In this document: one piece after another, positions 17,487 to 26,079 of the stretch
Layout: each line of letters begins with the position of its first letter
Position numbering within the stretch: position 1 is the stretch's first letter
Assembly: GCA_965197715.1 (NCBI GenBank)
Contig: OZ240224.1
Coordinates: 1,885,657 to 1,949,656, forward strand
Direction of reading: 5' to 3'
DNA length: 64,000 nucleotides
Source: Dehalococcoidia bacterium
GTDB taxonomy: Bacteria; Chloroflexota; Dehalococcoidia; Lucifugimonadales; UBA1127
Notes under the pieces: model-generated
Database searches by the model: none
The model's input: only the letters and a program-made list of their open reading frames with translations
Told to the model about the DNA's origin: nothing
Position numbers and translations under genes: made by a program

Positions 17487-17942
17487 TTCCAGGATATGAG
17501 TCGCAACGTATCGTCTTGGCCGACTACAGTTAGCCGGTAGCAGCTCATGGGGGCCGGTTTCAGGTCCCGAAGGGCAACCCGAACGACACGGCCGCATCGT
17601 AAGTGATCATTCAATGCCGGTCAATCTCCGGTGTCTCCAGGTTGTGCGAAGGTCCGTCCCTCGACCGCGGCGCCGTACGCGTCCCTGGAGTCCTTCTTCA
17701 GGTCCTGGATGACTCCGGGGCAGACGGACTACGTTGTGCGGGACCTGACAGGGAAGCCCGCGGGAGTCCTCTCGCTGAAGAAGGTCAAAGGAGTCTCCAC
17801 AGGTCAATGGGCCGCCACGTCTCTGGTTTCGCTGCTGCTGGTCCAGTTTCCCACGGTCAATCCGAACGAGCCCATCGACGGCCTCCCGTGTAGCTGTGCT
17901 ATCCTGGAATCAGTCCTCATTGGGAGCGTTTACTTGAACGTA

Positions 17943-18548
17943 GTGGCTCTCCGGCATGGCGCCGTGTTCCAGTCGCGGCCCAAGCTACTGCGAGACCTGC
18001 TGCTTTGGGCCGTGGTCGCCGGCATCATTGTCATGGACCAGGCAACGAAGTTCGGCGTTCAGGCGTTCATGGACCTTGGCCAGTCCATCCCCGCCTCCGG
18101 CTTCATCCGCTTCACCTACGTCACCAATAGTGGCGGCGCCTTCGGCCTGTTCATGGGCCAGACGGTCCTTCTGACCGCGGCGTCCTTTGTGGGCATCGGC
18201 GTGCTCCTGCTCTTCTACAGGACCCATCCGTGGCCGGGGCGATTGGTGCGGCTGAGCCTGGGCCTCCAGCTTGGGGGCGCCATCGGCAACCTGATTGACC
18301 GGCTCTATGTGGGTGAAGTCGTGGACTTCATAGACGTCGGCCCGTGGCCTATATTCAACCTCGCGGACTCGTCCATCGTCGTCGGCATTGGCCTGCTGCT
18401 GGCCCTCTTCCTCTTCTTCGAAGAGCACAGCCGCCGGCGGATATCGCCACTGGCCGCCTCCACCGGCGCCATCGACCTGGCGTGCCGCGGCGCATCGCCG
18501 CACATCCCGGACCCCACGAAGCGGCCGCCTGCCGAGATGGGTTGCTAG
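17943..18548 (+). CDS. lspA: lipoprotein signal peptidase (signal peptidase II)
   Basis: DQATKFGVQ...FTYVTNSGGAFG...GGAIGNLIDRLYVGEVVDFID...FNLADSSIVVG are canonical LspA motifs. The start is ambiguous (in-frame TTG 17934, GTG 17943, GTG 17964). The ORF stays open upstream to 17631. Confidence 0.8.
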   Translation: MALRHGAVFQSRPKLLRDLLLWAVVAGIIVMDQATKFGVQAFMDLGQSIPASGFIRFTYVTNSGGAFGLFMGQTVLLTAASFVGIGVLLLFYRTHPWPGRLVRLSLGLQLGGAIGNLIDRLYVGEVVDFIDVGPWPIFNLADSSIVVGIGLLLALFLFFEEHSRRRISPLAASTGAIDLACRGASPHIPDPTKRPPAEMGC

Positions 18549-18555
18549 GGCCACA

Positions 18556-19512
18556 ATGGCTGAGGCTGGTGCGGGCGCGACAAGACCCACGGAGCATCAC
18601 TCCTTCGTTGTGGCGGCGTCGGAGGGCGACCGGCTGGACCGGTTCCTGGCCCGGCGGCGCCCCGGCATCTCCCGCTCCTACGTGGCGCGTCTTATTGGGG
18701 ACGGCTTCGTCACCGTCAATGGCGATGGCGCAAAGCCCTCCGCGCACGTGCGGGCAGGCGACCGCATCGTCCTCACTGTGCCGCCGCCCTCACCCCTGCT
18801 CCTGGGGCCCGAGGCCCTGTCCCTGGAGATCGTCTACGAGGACGCCGATATGCTCGTGGTGGACAAACCCCCGGGCATGCCTGTCCACCCCTCCCCCGGC
18901 CATCCGTCCCACACGCTGGTCAACGCCATCATGGCCCACTGCACCGACCTTTCAGGCATCGGGGGAGTGCTCCGGCCCGGTATTGTGCATCGCTTGGACC
19001 TGGACACCTCCGGGCTTCTAATGGTCGCCAAGCACGACGCCGCCCATCGGGCCCTCGCCGGGGCCCTGAAGGACCGCCGCGTCTCCAAGGTCTACCTCGC
19101 CTTGGTGTGGGGCGAGCCACATCCTGCCTCCGGCAGAATTGACGCGCCCATTGGCCGCGACTCGCGCAACCGGAAGCGCATGGCTGTAGTCTCCGGCGGG
19201 AGAGAGGCACGGACGGACTATCGGACCGTGGAGGTGCATGGTGAGTCTGCGCTGGTGGAAGCGAGGCCGCTGACGGGTCGCACGCATCAGATTCGCGTCC
19301 ACCTGGCCTCTGCCGGTCATCCCATCGTTGGCGACACCGTATACAGTCGTCGGAAGACTGACCTGGTGGGACGCCAGTTCCTTCACGCCCAAGGCCTAGG
19401 CCTTCCGCTGCCCTCAACCGGGGAGTTCCGGGAGTTCGCCTCGCCGCTGCCGCCTGACCTGCGCGCTGCCCTTGAGCGGGCGCGCGGGGGTCAGGCCCCT
19501 GTGGCCGTCTGA
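18556..19512 (+). CDS. rluD: RluA-family 23S rRNA pseudouridine synthase (RluD-like)
   Basis: ORF trimmed to ATG 18556. S4 domain (RLDRFLARR...SRSYVARLI), HRLDLDTSGLLMVAK catalytic-Asp motif, and TGRTHQIRVH. Confidence 0.9.
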   Translation: MAEAGAGATRPTEHHSFVVAASEGDRLDRFLARRRPGISRSYVARLIGDGFVTVNGDGAKPSAHVRAGDRIVLTVPPPSPLLLGPEALSLEIVYEDADMLVVDKPPGMPVHPSPGHPSHTLVNAIMAHCTDLSGIGGVLRPGIVHRLDLDTSGLLMVAKHDAAHRALAGALKDRRVSKVYLALVWGEPHPASGRIDAPIGRDSRNRKRMAVVSGGREARTDYRTVEVHGESALVEARPLTGRTHQIRVHLASAGHPIVGDTVYSRRKTDLVGRQFLHAQGLGLPLPSTGEFREFASPLPPDLRAALERARGGQAPVAV

Positions 19513-19712
19513 GTAGCGGGCGTAGACCCTGTCCTACTCCTCACACGCCGCTCAAGGCCTCTGCGCGGCAGGAGGACCCGTCGCTGGCATCCCTGACATC
19601 TGATGCCGATGTCCATGCCAATGCGCACGACCTCCCACTGGTAGCTGCCGCAGGGGTGACGCTTCTTCAGGGTGAGAATCTCCCCCATGCGAAAGTCCAT
19701 GGGTACGGTCAC
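19491..19712 (-). CDS. DUF951-family small protein
   Basis: GEILTLKKRHPCGSYQWEVVRIGMDIGIRCQGCQRRVLLPR matches the DUF951 pattern (lKK.HPCGs..WeilR.GaDirikC.gC). Downstream of pyrF. Confidence 0.7.
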   Translation of the reverse strand: MTVPMDFRMGEILTLKKRHPCGSYQWEVVRIGMDIGIRCQGCQRRVLLPRRGLERRVRSRTGSTPATQTATGA

Positions 19713-19724
19713 AGGGCGTGCCTC

Positions 19725-20564
19725 CTACGCATGTTCCCAGGGAAAGCCCATCTCGACCAGCCTGGCGTTCATCTCACCACGCAGCCTTTCCGCCTCGTGG
19801 CGTGCCGCCTCGACGAACGCAGTCCGGTCCCTGGACGCGTATAGGATGCTCCTGGAAGCCGCGACGATAAGGTTGCGGCCCAAGTCGTCTACGCCGTACT
19901 CCACGGACCTTTCCAACGAGCCTTGTTGCGTGCCGATGCCCGGCACCAGCAGCGTCATGTCGGGAGCGATCTCCCGCACCCGCCGCAGCTCATCGGGATA
20001 GGTGCCGCCTACGACGATCCCCACGTTGCCGGCGTCGTTCCAGGCCGCGGCCCGTTCGGCAATCCACTCGTAGAAGGGACGGGAATCTCCGCCGTAGGGC
20101 GGCGACATGGATAGGTCTTGGAGCTCCCGTGCGCCGGGGTTCGAGGAGCGGCACCACACCAACACCCCCCGGTCCCGGTAGGCCAGAAAGGGCTCCATGG
20201 CGTCTCTGCCACCGAGGGGGTTGACCGTGACAGCGTCGAACCCCCAGACATCGAACATGGCCCGGGCATAGAAGTTGGATGAGGGCTGGACGTCTCCCCG
20301 CTTGGCATCGCCAATAACGGGGATGCCCGTCGGAATGACCTCCAGTGTCCGCCGCAGCGCCTCGAGCCCGGGGACTCCGCTCGCCTCGTAAAAGGCCAGG
20401 TTGGGCTTGTACGCGCAGACTAGGTCGCTGGTCGCCTCGACGATGCCGCAGTTGAACTCGAAGACGTCCTCGATGGGCATGAGGGATGGGTCCGGGTCCA
20501 GCCCAATGCACAGGAGGCTCCGGTTTTGCCGGGCCGCGGTCGACAGCTTGTCAGTGAAGCTCAA
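19725..20564 (-). CDS. pyrF: orotidine 5'-phosphate decarboxylase (type 2)
   Basis: TTG start. LLCIGLDPDP, ...IGDAKRGDV... and overall length (279 aa) fit long-form PyrF. Confidence 0.88.
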   Translation of the reverse strand: MSFTDKLSTAARQNRSLLCIGLDPDPSLMPIEDVFEFNCGIVEATSDLVCAYKPNLAFYEASGVPGLEALRRTLEVIPTGIPVIGDAKRGDVQPSSNFYARAMFDVWGFDAVTVNPLGGRDAMEPFLAYRDRGVLVWCRSSNPGARELQDLSMSPPYGGDSRPFYEWIAERAAAWNDAGNVGIVVGGTYPDELRRVREIAPDMTLLVPGIGTQQGSLERSVEYGVDDLGRNLIVAASRSILYASRDRTAFVEAARHEAERLRGEMNARLVEMGFPWEHA

Positions 20565-20601
20565 GGTATTCCCCTATCCGCTCTGCGCGCGGCCCTCTCA
20601 C

Positions 20602-21225
20602 CTAGTGAAGGGGCGAGAAGGCAGCCGGGATCATGTGCCGGACCAGCTGGTGCATCGGCCGGATGTCGTTCTGTGGGGGCCATATGCCCTTCGCCCGCAG
20701 CTCGGTGCGGACCTCGTCGCGGTGTTCCCAGTTCTTGTAGGGGAAGAGCTGGTAGAGCCGGTTGAGGTTGCCCAGGTCGCTGGTAAAGATGCCCGCGACC
20801 GGATAGACTTCCGCGCGACGCGGCAGCGCTTCGGCGAACCGCTCCGCTACGGTGGCGATACTGCCGGGAGCGTAGGTGTACATCCGCAGCTCGTAGAGGT
20901 TGCCCCACTCTTGGGCGCCATCCCAGGGGTCCATCGTGGGCAAAGGCGTCAGGATATCCGATTCCTGGCTTATCAGGACGTCCGCGGTCTGTGGTGGCCA
21001 CTTCCCGCTGGGGTCCCTGTTTGCGGCGGCGCGAGTGTCGGCTCGCTGCTGCAGGCTCTCATAGGGCCAGATGTGGACCACCTGGTTCAGCGGCCCAATC
21101 TCCGTATGCCACATGCCCCCAAGCTTGGAGTAGTTCTGCCGGACCGTGTAGCCCTCCGCGAAGCGGGCCTCGAATTCCTCCACACCCCGGGGCTTGGTGT
21201 TGTACGTCCGGATCTCGTAGATCAT
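20602..21225 (-). CDS. NIPSNAP-family protein (two NIPSNAP repeats)
   Basis: ORF trimmed to ATG 21225 (AGGAGGAG SD). MIYEIRTYNTKPRGVEEF... and LYELRMYTYAPGSIATVAERF... are two dimeric alpha-beta barrel repeats. Confidence 0.75.
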   Translation of the reverse strand: MIYEIRTYNTKPRGVEEFEARFAEGYTVRQNYSKLGGMWHTEIGPLNQVVHIWPYESLQQRADTRAAANRDPSGKWPPQTADVLISQESDILTPLPTMDPWDGAQEWGNLYELRMYTYAPGSIATVAERFAEALPRRAEVYPVAGIFTSDLGNLNRLYQLFPYKNWEHRDEVRTELRAKGIWPPQNDIRPMHQLVRHMIPAAFSPLH

Positions 21226-21353
21226 GCGGGCTCCTCCTGATGAGTAGCTGCGCCGTCTGGGACGACGGCGCTGTGGTAGTGTACTAGACCCGCGCGGGCC
21301 GGACAATGACCGCGTGCAGAGCCTCGCCTCACCCGGGGCAGGTCCGGCCTGCC

Positions 21354-21833
21354 CTACTTCGACAGGAGCAGACTGACGTGTATGCCGGCCTCTACCAGGA
21401 GCGTTACCGCCACACCTGCGACCACGACCCCCACCACGATCAACGGTATGGCTGTTCGGGGGGGTACTTGGAAGACCCACGCCGCCAGGGACCCCGTCCA
21501 CGCCCCCGTGAGGGGTAGCGGAATCGCCACGAGCGCCACCAGGGTTATGGGACCGTACCTCTCGAATCGCCCGGTATAGACGCGCCGCAGCTTCTCAGCG
21601 CGCCAGTCCAGCAGCCGGGCCGCGGGAGTGAAGGAGCGGCGCAGCAGGCGGGCCGCCTGCTCCAAGCCCGGGACCAGGAAGAGCACGGGGAGGACGTTGC
21701 CCGCCACGGATACGGGAAGCGCCTGGTACCAGGGCAGTCCGAGTGTCCAGATGCCGAGAGGAATGGAGAGCCGAAGCTCACCGAGAGGGGTCATGGCAGC
21801 CAGGAAGGTGCTGAGCAGCGCTGGGAAGTCCAT
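21354..21833 (-). CDS. small integral membrane protein (COG2426 putative small multidrug export family)
   Basis: MDFPALLSTFLAAMTPLGELRLSIPLGI...LTGAWTGSLAAWVF, with 4-5 TM segments. Family assignment is from memory of the motif. Confidence 0.55.
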   Translation of the reverse strand: MDFPALLSTFLAAMTPLGELRLSIPLGIWTLGLPWYQALPVSVAGNVLPVLFLVPGLEQAARLLRRSFTPAARLLDWRAEKLRRVYTGRFERYGPITLVALVAIPLPLTGAWTGSLAAWVFQVPPRTAIPLIVVGVVVAGVAVTLLVEAGIHVSLLLSK

Positions 21834-21971
21834 TGTGTAGTCTTCAGTATATCCTGATTGCGGTGGAACGCCCAGGTGCGTGTGTGTGCGGTGCACCTCT
21901 GCCGAGTCCCAAGCATCAGAAGGGCAATGCAACTCTCACGTTGGGGTCGAACTCTTGGGGAGGTCGCTTGA

Positions 21972-23234
21972 ATGAAGCTGGGAAGGGTACTCTGCCTGGG
22001 GGCTCTCGGGCTGGCCCTGCAGGTTGCGATGGCGGCATGCGGTCCCGCTCCAGCCTCTCCCCCCGCCACGGGCGCGGCGGAGGAGCAGGGCGCCTCAACC
22101 CCCGCTTCCGCGCCCTCCGCGGAGGCGGCGGCACCGGAGGCCCCCATTGCCGACCCGACCCCCGTGCCCACCGAAGAGAGTGAGCCGGAAGTGCGCCTTC
22201 CCTTCAGCACCTTCGGCTGGGAGACCGACTTCGAAAAGCACAACATCGACTACTCGGAGATCTTCAGCGGCGGCCCCCCCAAGGACGGCATCCCCGCCAT
22301 AGACGTCCCCGCCTTCGAGACGGTCGCCCAGGCTGATGAGTGGCTTGACCCTCGGGAGCCACTGCTGGCACTGGAGATTGGCGGTGAAGCGCGGGCCTAT
22401 CCCCTGCAGATACTGATCTGGCACGAGATCGTCAACGACGTTGTCGGAGAGAAGCCCGTCGTCGTCACCTACTGCCCACTGTGCAACACGGCCCTCGTCT
22501 TCGACGCCACCCGCCCCGATGGCCAGGTGCTGGACTTCGGCACCACGGGCAACCTTCGCTTCAGCGACCTGGTCATGTACGATCGGCAGACCGAGTCCTG
22601 GTGGCAGCAGATAACCGGCGAAGCCATCATCGGCGACCTGACCGGCGAGCGCCTGGAGTTCATCCCCTCCCCCATCGTCTCGTGGGCGGAGTTCAGGGCG
22701 GCCTATACCGACGGACAGGTCCTCAGCAGGAAGACCGGGTTCAACCGCCCCTACGGGGAAAATCCCTACGTCGGCTATGACAGCGGCTTTCCGTTCCTGT
22801 ATCGCGGCCCCCTCGACCGCCGCCTCGCCGCATCCGAGCGCGTCGCGACGGTTTTCCTGGGCGATGCCGCTGTAGCCTTCCCCTTCTCTGTGCTGGAGAA
22901 GGCGCCTGTGGTGCACTACACCCTGGGTGATCAGAACATGGTCGTGTTCTACAAGAAGGGGACTGCCTCCGCCCTCGACGATGAGCTCATCGCGAATTCA
23001 GCCGACGTGGGCGCAACCAACGTGTTCCACCCATCGGTCGAGGGCCAGCCTCTCACGTTCCGCCCACAGGACGAAAACTTTGTCGACGAGCAGACCGGCA
23101 GCACGTGGAATCTTCTGGGCCAGGCCATCGCCGGTCCTCTCGAGGGCAGCGCCCTGGAACCCATTGTGAGCGCCAACCACCTCTGGTTCGCCTGGGCGGT
23201 CTTCAAGCCGGACACCGTGGTGTACCGGGGCTAG
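21972..23234 (+). CDS. DUF3179-domain lipoprotein
   Basis: Lipoprotein signal LGLALQVAMAACG, a low-complexity linker, then DGIPAIDVP...AYPLQILIWHEIVNDVVGEKPVVVTYCPLCNTALVF...FGTTGNLRFSDLVMYDRQTESWWQQ, the hallmark DUF3179 core. Confidence 0.8.
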   Translation: MKLGRVLCLGALGLALQVAMAACGPAPASPPATGAAEEQGASTPASAPSAEAAAPEAPIADPTPVPTEESEPEVRLPFSTFGWETDFEKHNIDYSEIFSGGPPKDGIPAIDVPAFETVAQADEWLDPREPLLALEIGGEARAYPLQILIWHEIVNDVVGEKPVVVTYCPLCNTALVFDATRPDGQVLDFGTTGNLRFSDLVMYDRQTESWWQQITGEAIIGDLTGERLEFIPSPIVSWAEFRAAYTDGQVLSRKTGFNRPYGENPYVGYDSGFPFLYRGPLDRRLAASERVATVFLGDAAVAFPFSVLEKAPVVHYTLGDQNMVVFYKKGTASALDDELIANSADVGATNVFHPSVEGQPLTFRPQDENFVDEQTGSTWNLLGQAIAGPLEGSALEPIVSANHLWFAWAVFKPDTVVYRG

Positions 23235-23242
23235 CCGGAGGG

Positions 23243-23590
23243 CTAGCCGGCCAGCACTGCGAGGGCCTTCTTGTCCGCACCCACGATGACCCGGTCTCCC
23301 GCAACCGTGATGGGCCGGCGGATCAGCCTGGGCTCCTTGAGCATGAGCTGAAGCAACTCGTCTTCGCCAATGCTCTCGGGTGCTCGCCCAAGGGCTTTGA
23401 AGGAAGGGCTCTTCCACGCAAAGAGCTCGGAGGGTGAGCGTCCGCCTAGGAGGTCACGCAGCTCTTCCTCCGAGAAGGGGTCTCGAAAGAAGTCGCGCTC
23501 CTCAAGCTCGATGCCCATCTGTGAGAGCGACGCCCTCACGTTACGACACGTAGATCAGCGCGTCCACCAATAGAAGGCTGCCCTGTTCAT
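23243..23590 (-). CDS. ArsC/Spx/YffB-family thiol oxidoreductase with predicted selenocysteine (in-frame TGA at 23555-23557)
   Basis: ATG 23590 is preceded by CCAGGAGGAACC. Reading MNRAAFYWWTR-TGA-STCRNVRASLSQMGIELEERDFF... is continuous with ORF 23243..23539. It aligns to Spx [30 protein letters not shown] with TGA at the first Cys of CxxC. The C-terminal LIRRPI motif is present. Confidence 0.65.
23521..23539 (-). promoter_or_regulatory. candidate bacterial SECIS stem-loop
   Basis: On the mRNA, 15 nt after the UGA: GUGAGGGC-GUC-GCUCUCAC, an 8-bp stem (one G-U pair) with a 3-nt loop containing GU. The apical loop starts 24 nt after the UGA, inside the usual window. Confidence 0.45.
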
Positions 23591-23714
23591 GGTTCCTCCT
23601 GGATCACGTCGGCATGCGGCAAGAGGCGCGCGCGTCAGCGAGTGCGACGCTAGGGCCGCCCGATGGGGGGGTTCAAGGGCTGAGAGGGTAGAGCGCTGGG
23701 CCGGCAAGAGCTCC

Positions 23715-24596
23715 TCAGGTGTCCTCCAACTTGCGGCCCATGTCTCGCAGGAAGCGCTGCACATCTGGGGCGAGGTCAGACGCGGACTCCTGGGCCTTCG
23801 TGTCCGCACGGCTGTCGTAATACGCCTCAAGCTGCCCAATGAGCGCCTTCACTCCGGAGTGCTGCTCCACCTCGGCGCTGACCTGAGCGTACTGGCGCTT
23901 CCCCCGCTCGTGGTCTGCCAGCCTTTCGGGCAGTCCGTACAGAGCGCACAGGATCTCCAGCAGTCGAGCCGACCCCGCGAAGTCCTCTTCAAGCTCGAGG
24001 TACTGCGGCAGGTGCACCATCAGGGACAGGCTCTCGATTCCCAGATTCGTGAGAGAGTCTGAGACCATGTTCATGATGCTGGTTGGACCCTGGTACGCCC
24101 CTCCGCGCGATGGGTTGACCCACGGTACGTCCCTCATCGGCTCCCCGTTGAGGGTGCCCGTGACCAGTAGCGGCCGCGTATGGGGCACGGCGTCGTACAT
24201 CCCGCCGATTCGCCCGTACCGCTTCACGCCAAAGGTCTTGAGCAGCTCCACCACCGAGTTCACGTAGTCCTCCGCCATGGTGTGGGGCTCCAGCACGTGA
24301 AGGAAGAGGAGGTCCGGCCCCTCCTCGCGCTTGGCATAGCGAAGGTTGGTGTTGGGGATCCGGAGGTTTCGCTGCCCGTTGACGATCCGCGTCGTGGGGC
24401 GGTAGCGGGTGAAGTCGAAGAATGCCCCAGGAGCGGCCAGCTTGCCAATCTCCTGGGCGCTGAAGTGCCGCTCCAACCTGCGCAGGGTCAGCGTCCCCAC
24501 GTTGCCGGCGTCGATCCACGGCCGCAACAGCGCGATAACGTGCGGGTCCCGCAGCTCCGGTACTGGCTCTTGTATTTCAAAGGCGCCAATCCTCAT
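23715..24596 (-). CDS. PAC2-family (proteasome assembly chaperone-like) protein
   Basis: ORF trimmed to ATG 24596. PHVIALLRPWIDAGNVGTLTL...LLFLHVLEPH...GGMYDAVPHTRP...GPTSIMN pattern of bacterial PAC2 proteins, recognised by eye. Confidence 0.65.
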   Translation of the reverse strand: MRIGAFEIQEPVPELRDPHVIALLRPWIDAGNVGTLTLRRLERHFSAQEIGKLAAPGAFFDFTRYRPTTRIVNGQRNLRIPNTNLRYAKREEGPDLLFLHVLEPHTMAEDYVNSVVELLKTFGVKRYGRIGGMYDAVPHTRPLLVTGTLNGEPMRDVPWVNPSRGGAYQGPTSIMNMVSDSLTNLGIESLSLMVHLPQYLELEEDFAGSARLLEILCALYGLPERLADHERGKRQYAQVSAEVEQHSGVKALIGQLEAYYDSRADTKAQESASDLAPDVQRFLRDMGRKLEDT

Positions 24597-24727
24597 GGGG
24601 CCAATGTTGCCAGAAGAAGAGGCGTTTGGCAACCGCGCTAGCCCAATTTCTCGCAGGTTTTCTTGAGGTTCTCTCAAGAGTCCTTGGCCCGGGAGGGCCC
24701 GAGAATCGTGGGGCGGTTGAACGGTCG

Positions 24728-24756
24728 TTGACAGCGGCCACCCAGGGCGATAAGGT
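24728..24756 (+). promoter_or_regulatory. sigma70-like promoter upstream of thiolase gene
   Basis: TTGACA (24728-24733), 17-nt spacer, TAAGGT (24751-24756). About 48 nt upstream of ATG 24805. Confidence 0.4.
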
Positions 24757-24804
24757 GGCTGCGCCGGTCGAATGCGGCTGGCGCGAGCCACTCAGGAGGT
24801 GGGT

Positions 24805-26076
24805 ATGGCCACCACAAAGCGGAGATTGGGCCGGGGCGTTGCCATCGTGGGCGCGGGCATGTCCAAGTTCGGCGCCTTCAAAGAACATGACAGCCGGGAC
24901 CTCTTTGTCGAAGCCTTCCAGGCCATGGCAACCTCCATCCCGCGGGGCTTCGACCCCGAGGACATCGATGCCGTCTACGTCGGCAATGCTGTCAGCGAAC
25001 TCTTCGAAGGTCAGAGCCACATCGCCCCCATCATGGCCGATTGGATTGGGCTCACACCCAGGCCGGCCACCCACATCGAGAATGCCTGCGCCAGCGGTGG
25101 CGTTGGCCTCCGGCAGGGGCTTATGGCCATCGCTTCGGGCTTGCATGACGTCGTTCTTGTGGGCGGTGTCGAGAAGATGACGAACCTCCCTATCGAGCGC
25201 GTCACCGATGCCTTGGCAACGGCCAGCGACGTCCTCTACGAAGCACCGGCGGGCTTTACGTTCCCGGGACTGTACGCCGCCATGGCGACTGCCTACATGG
25301 ACCAGCATGGCGCTCAGCCGGAGCACTTCATGAACGTGGCCGTCCAGAACCACGAGAACGGGGCGCTGAACCCCAAGGCCCAGTTCAACAGCACCATCAA
25401 GCAGCTGATGGAGAGCCGCGCTGCCCGCGCCCGCGAGCGCGGGCAGCCTGTTCCCGACTGGCAGGACGAGTGGGACTTCCTGAGAGACCTCCAGGCCAAC
25501 CCCACCGTGGCCTGGCCCATGCGCCTCTTCGACTGCTCACCCGTCACCGATGGCGCAGCCTGCGTGTTGCTCGTTGCCGAAGAGTTGGCCGGCGCCTATT
25601 CCGATGCGCCGGTGCACGTCATCGGCTCCGGCCAGGCCAGCGCCCCACCCCTGCATAGCATGGGCACCCTGACCTCCATTACCTCTGCCAGGAAAGCCTC
25701 GCAAGACGCGTACGACATGGCCGGCGTGACGGCCAACGACGTTCAGCTCGCCGAGGTCCACGACTGCTTTACCATCGCGGAGCTCGTCGCGATCGAGGAC
25801 TTGGGCTTCTTCGAGCCAGGCGAGGGCTACAAGGCTGTCGCCGAGGGTGTGACGGCCAGAGATGGCTCAAAGCCGATCAATACGTCGGGGGGCCTCAAGG
25901 CCAAGGGTCACCCCGTGGGCGCATCGGGGATAGGCCAGGTCGTGGAGGTCTGGCAGCAGATGACGGGCCAGGCGGGACCACGCCAGGCCCCGGACAAGGA
26001 CGTCCAGCTTGCGCTGACCCACAACGTCGGCGCCAGCGGCGGCACCTGCGCCGTCCATGTTTTCGAGCGGAGATAA
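24805..26076 (+). CDS. thiolase-fold protein (SCP-x / DUF35-partnered acetyl-CoA acetyltransferase-like)
   Basis: ATG 24805 with AGGAGG SD. VAIVGAGMSKFG..., NACASGG (active-site Cys), C-terminal GHPVGASGIGQ and NVGASGG. Confidence 0.85.
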   Translation: MATTKRRLGRGVAIVGAGMSKFGAFKEHDSRDLFVEAFQAMATSIPRGFDPEDIDAVYVGNAVSELFEGQSHIAPIMADWIGLTPRPATHIENACASGGVGLRQGLMAIASGLHDVVLVGGVEKMTNLPIERVTDALATASDVLYEAPAGFTFPGLYAAMATAYMDQHGAQPEHFMNVAVQNHENGALNPKAQFNSTIKQLMESRAARARERGQPVPDWQDEWDFLRDLQANPTVAWPMRLFDCSPVTDGAACVLLVAEELAGAYSDAPVHVIGSGQASAPPLHSMGTLTSITSARKASQDAYDMAGVTANDVQLAEVHDCFTIAELVAIEDLGFFEPGEGYKAVAEGVTARDGSKPINTSGGLKAKGHPVGASGIGQVVEVWQQMTGQAGPRQAPDKDVQLALTHNVGASGGTCAVHVFERR

Positions 26077-26079
26077 GCT

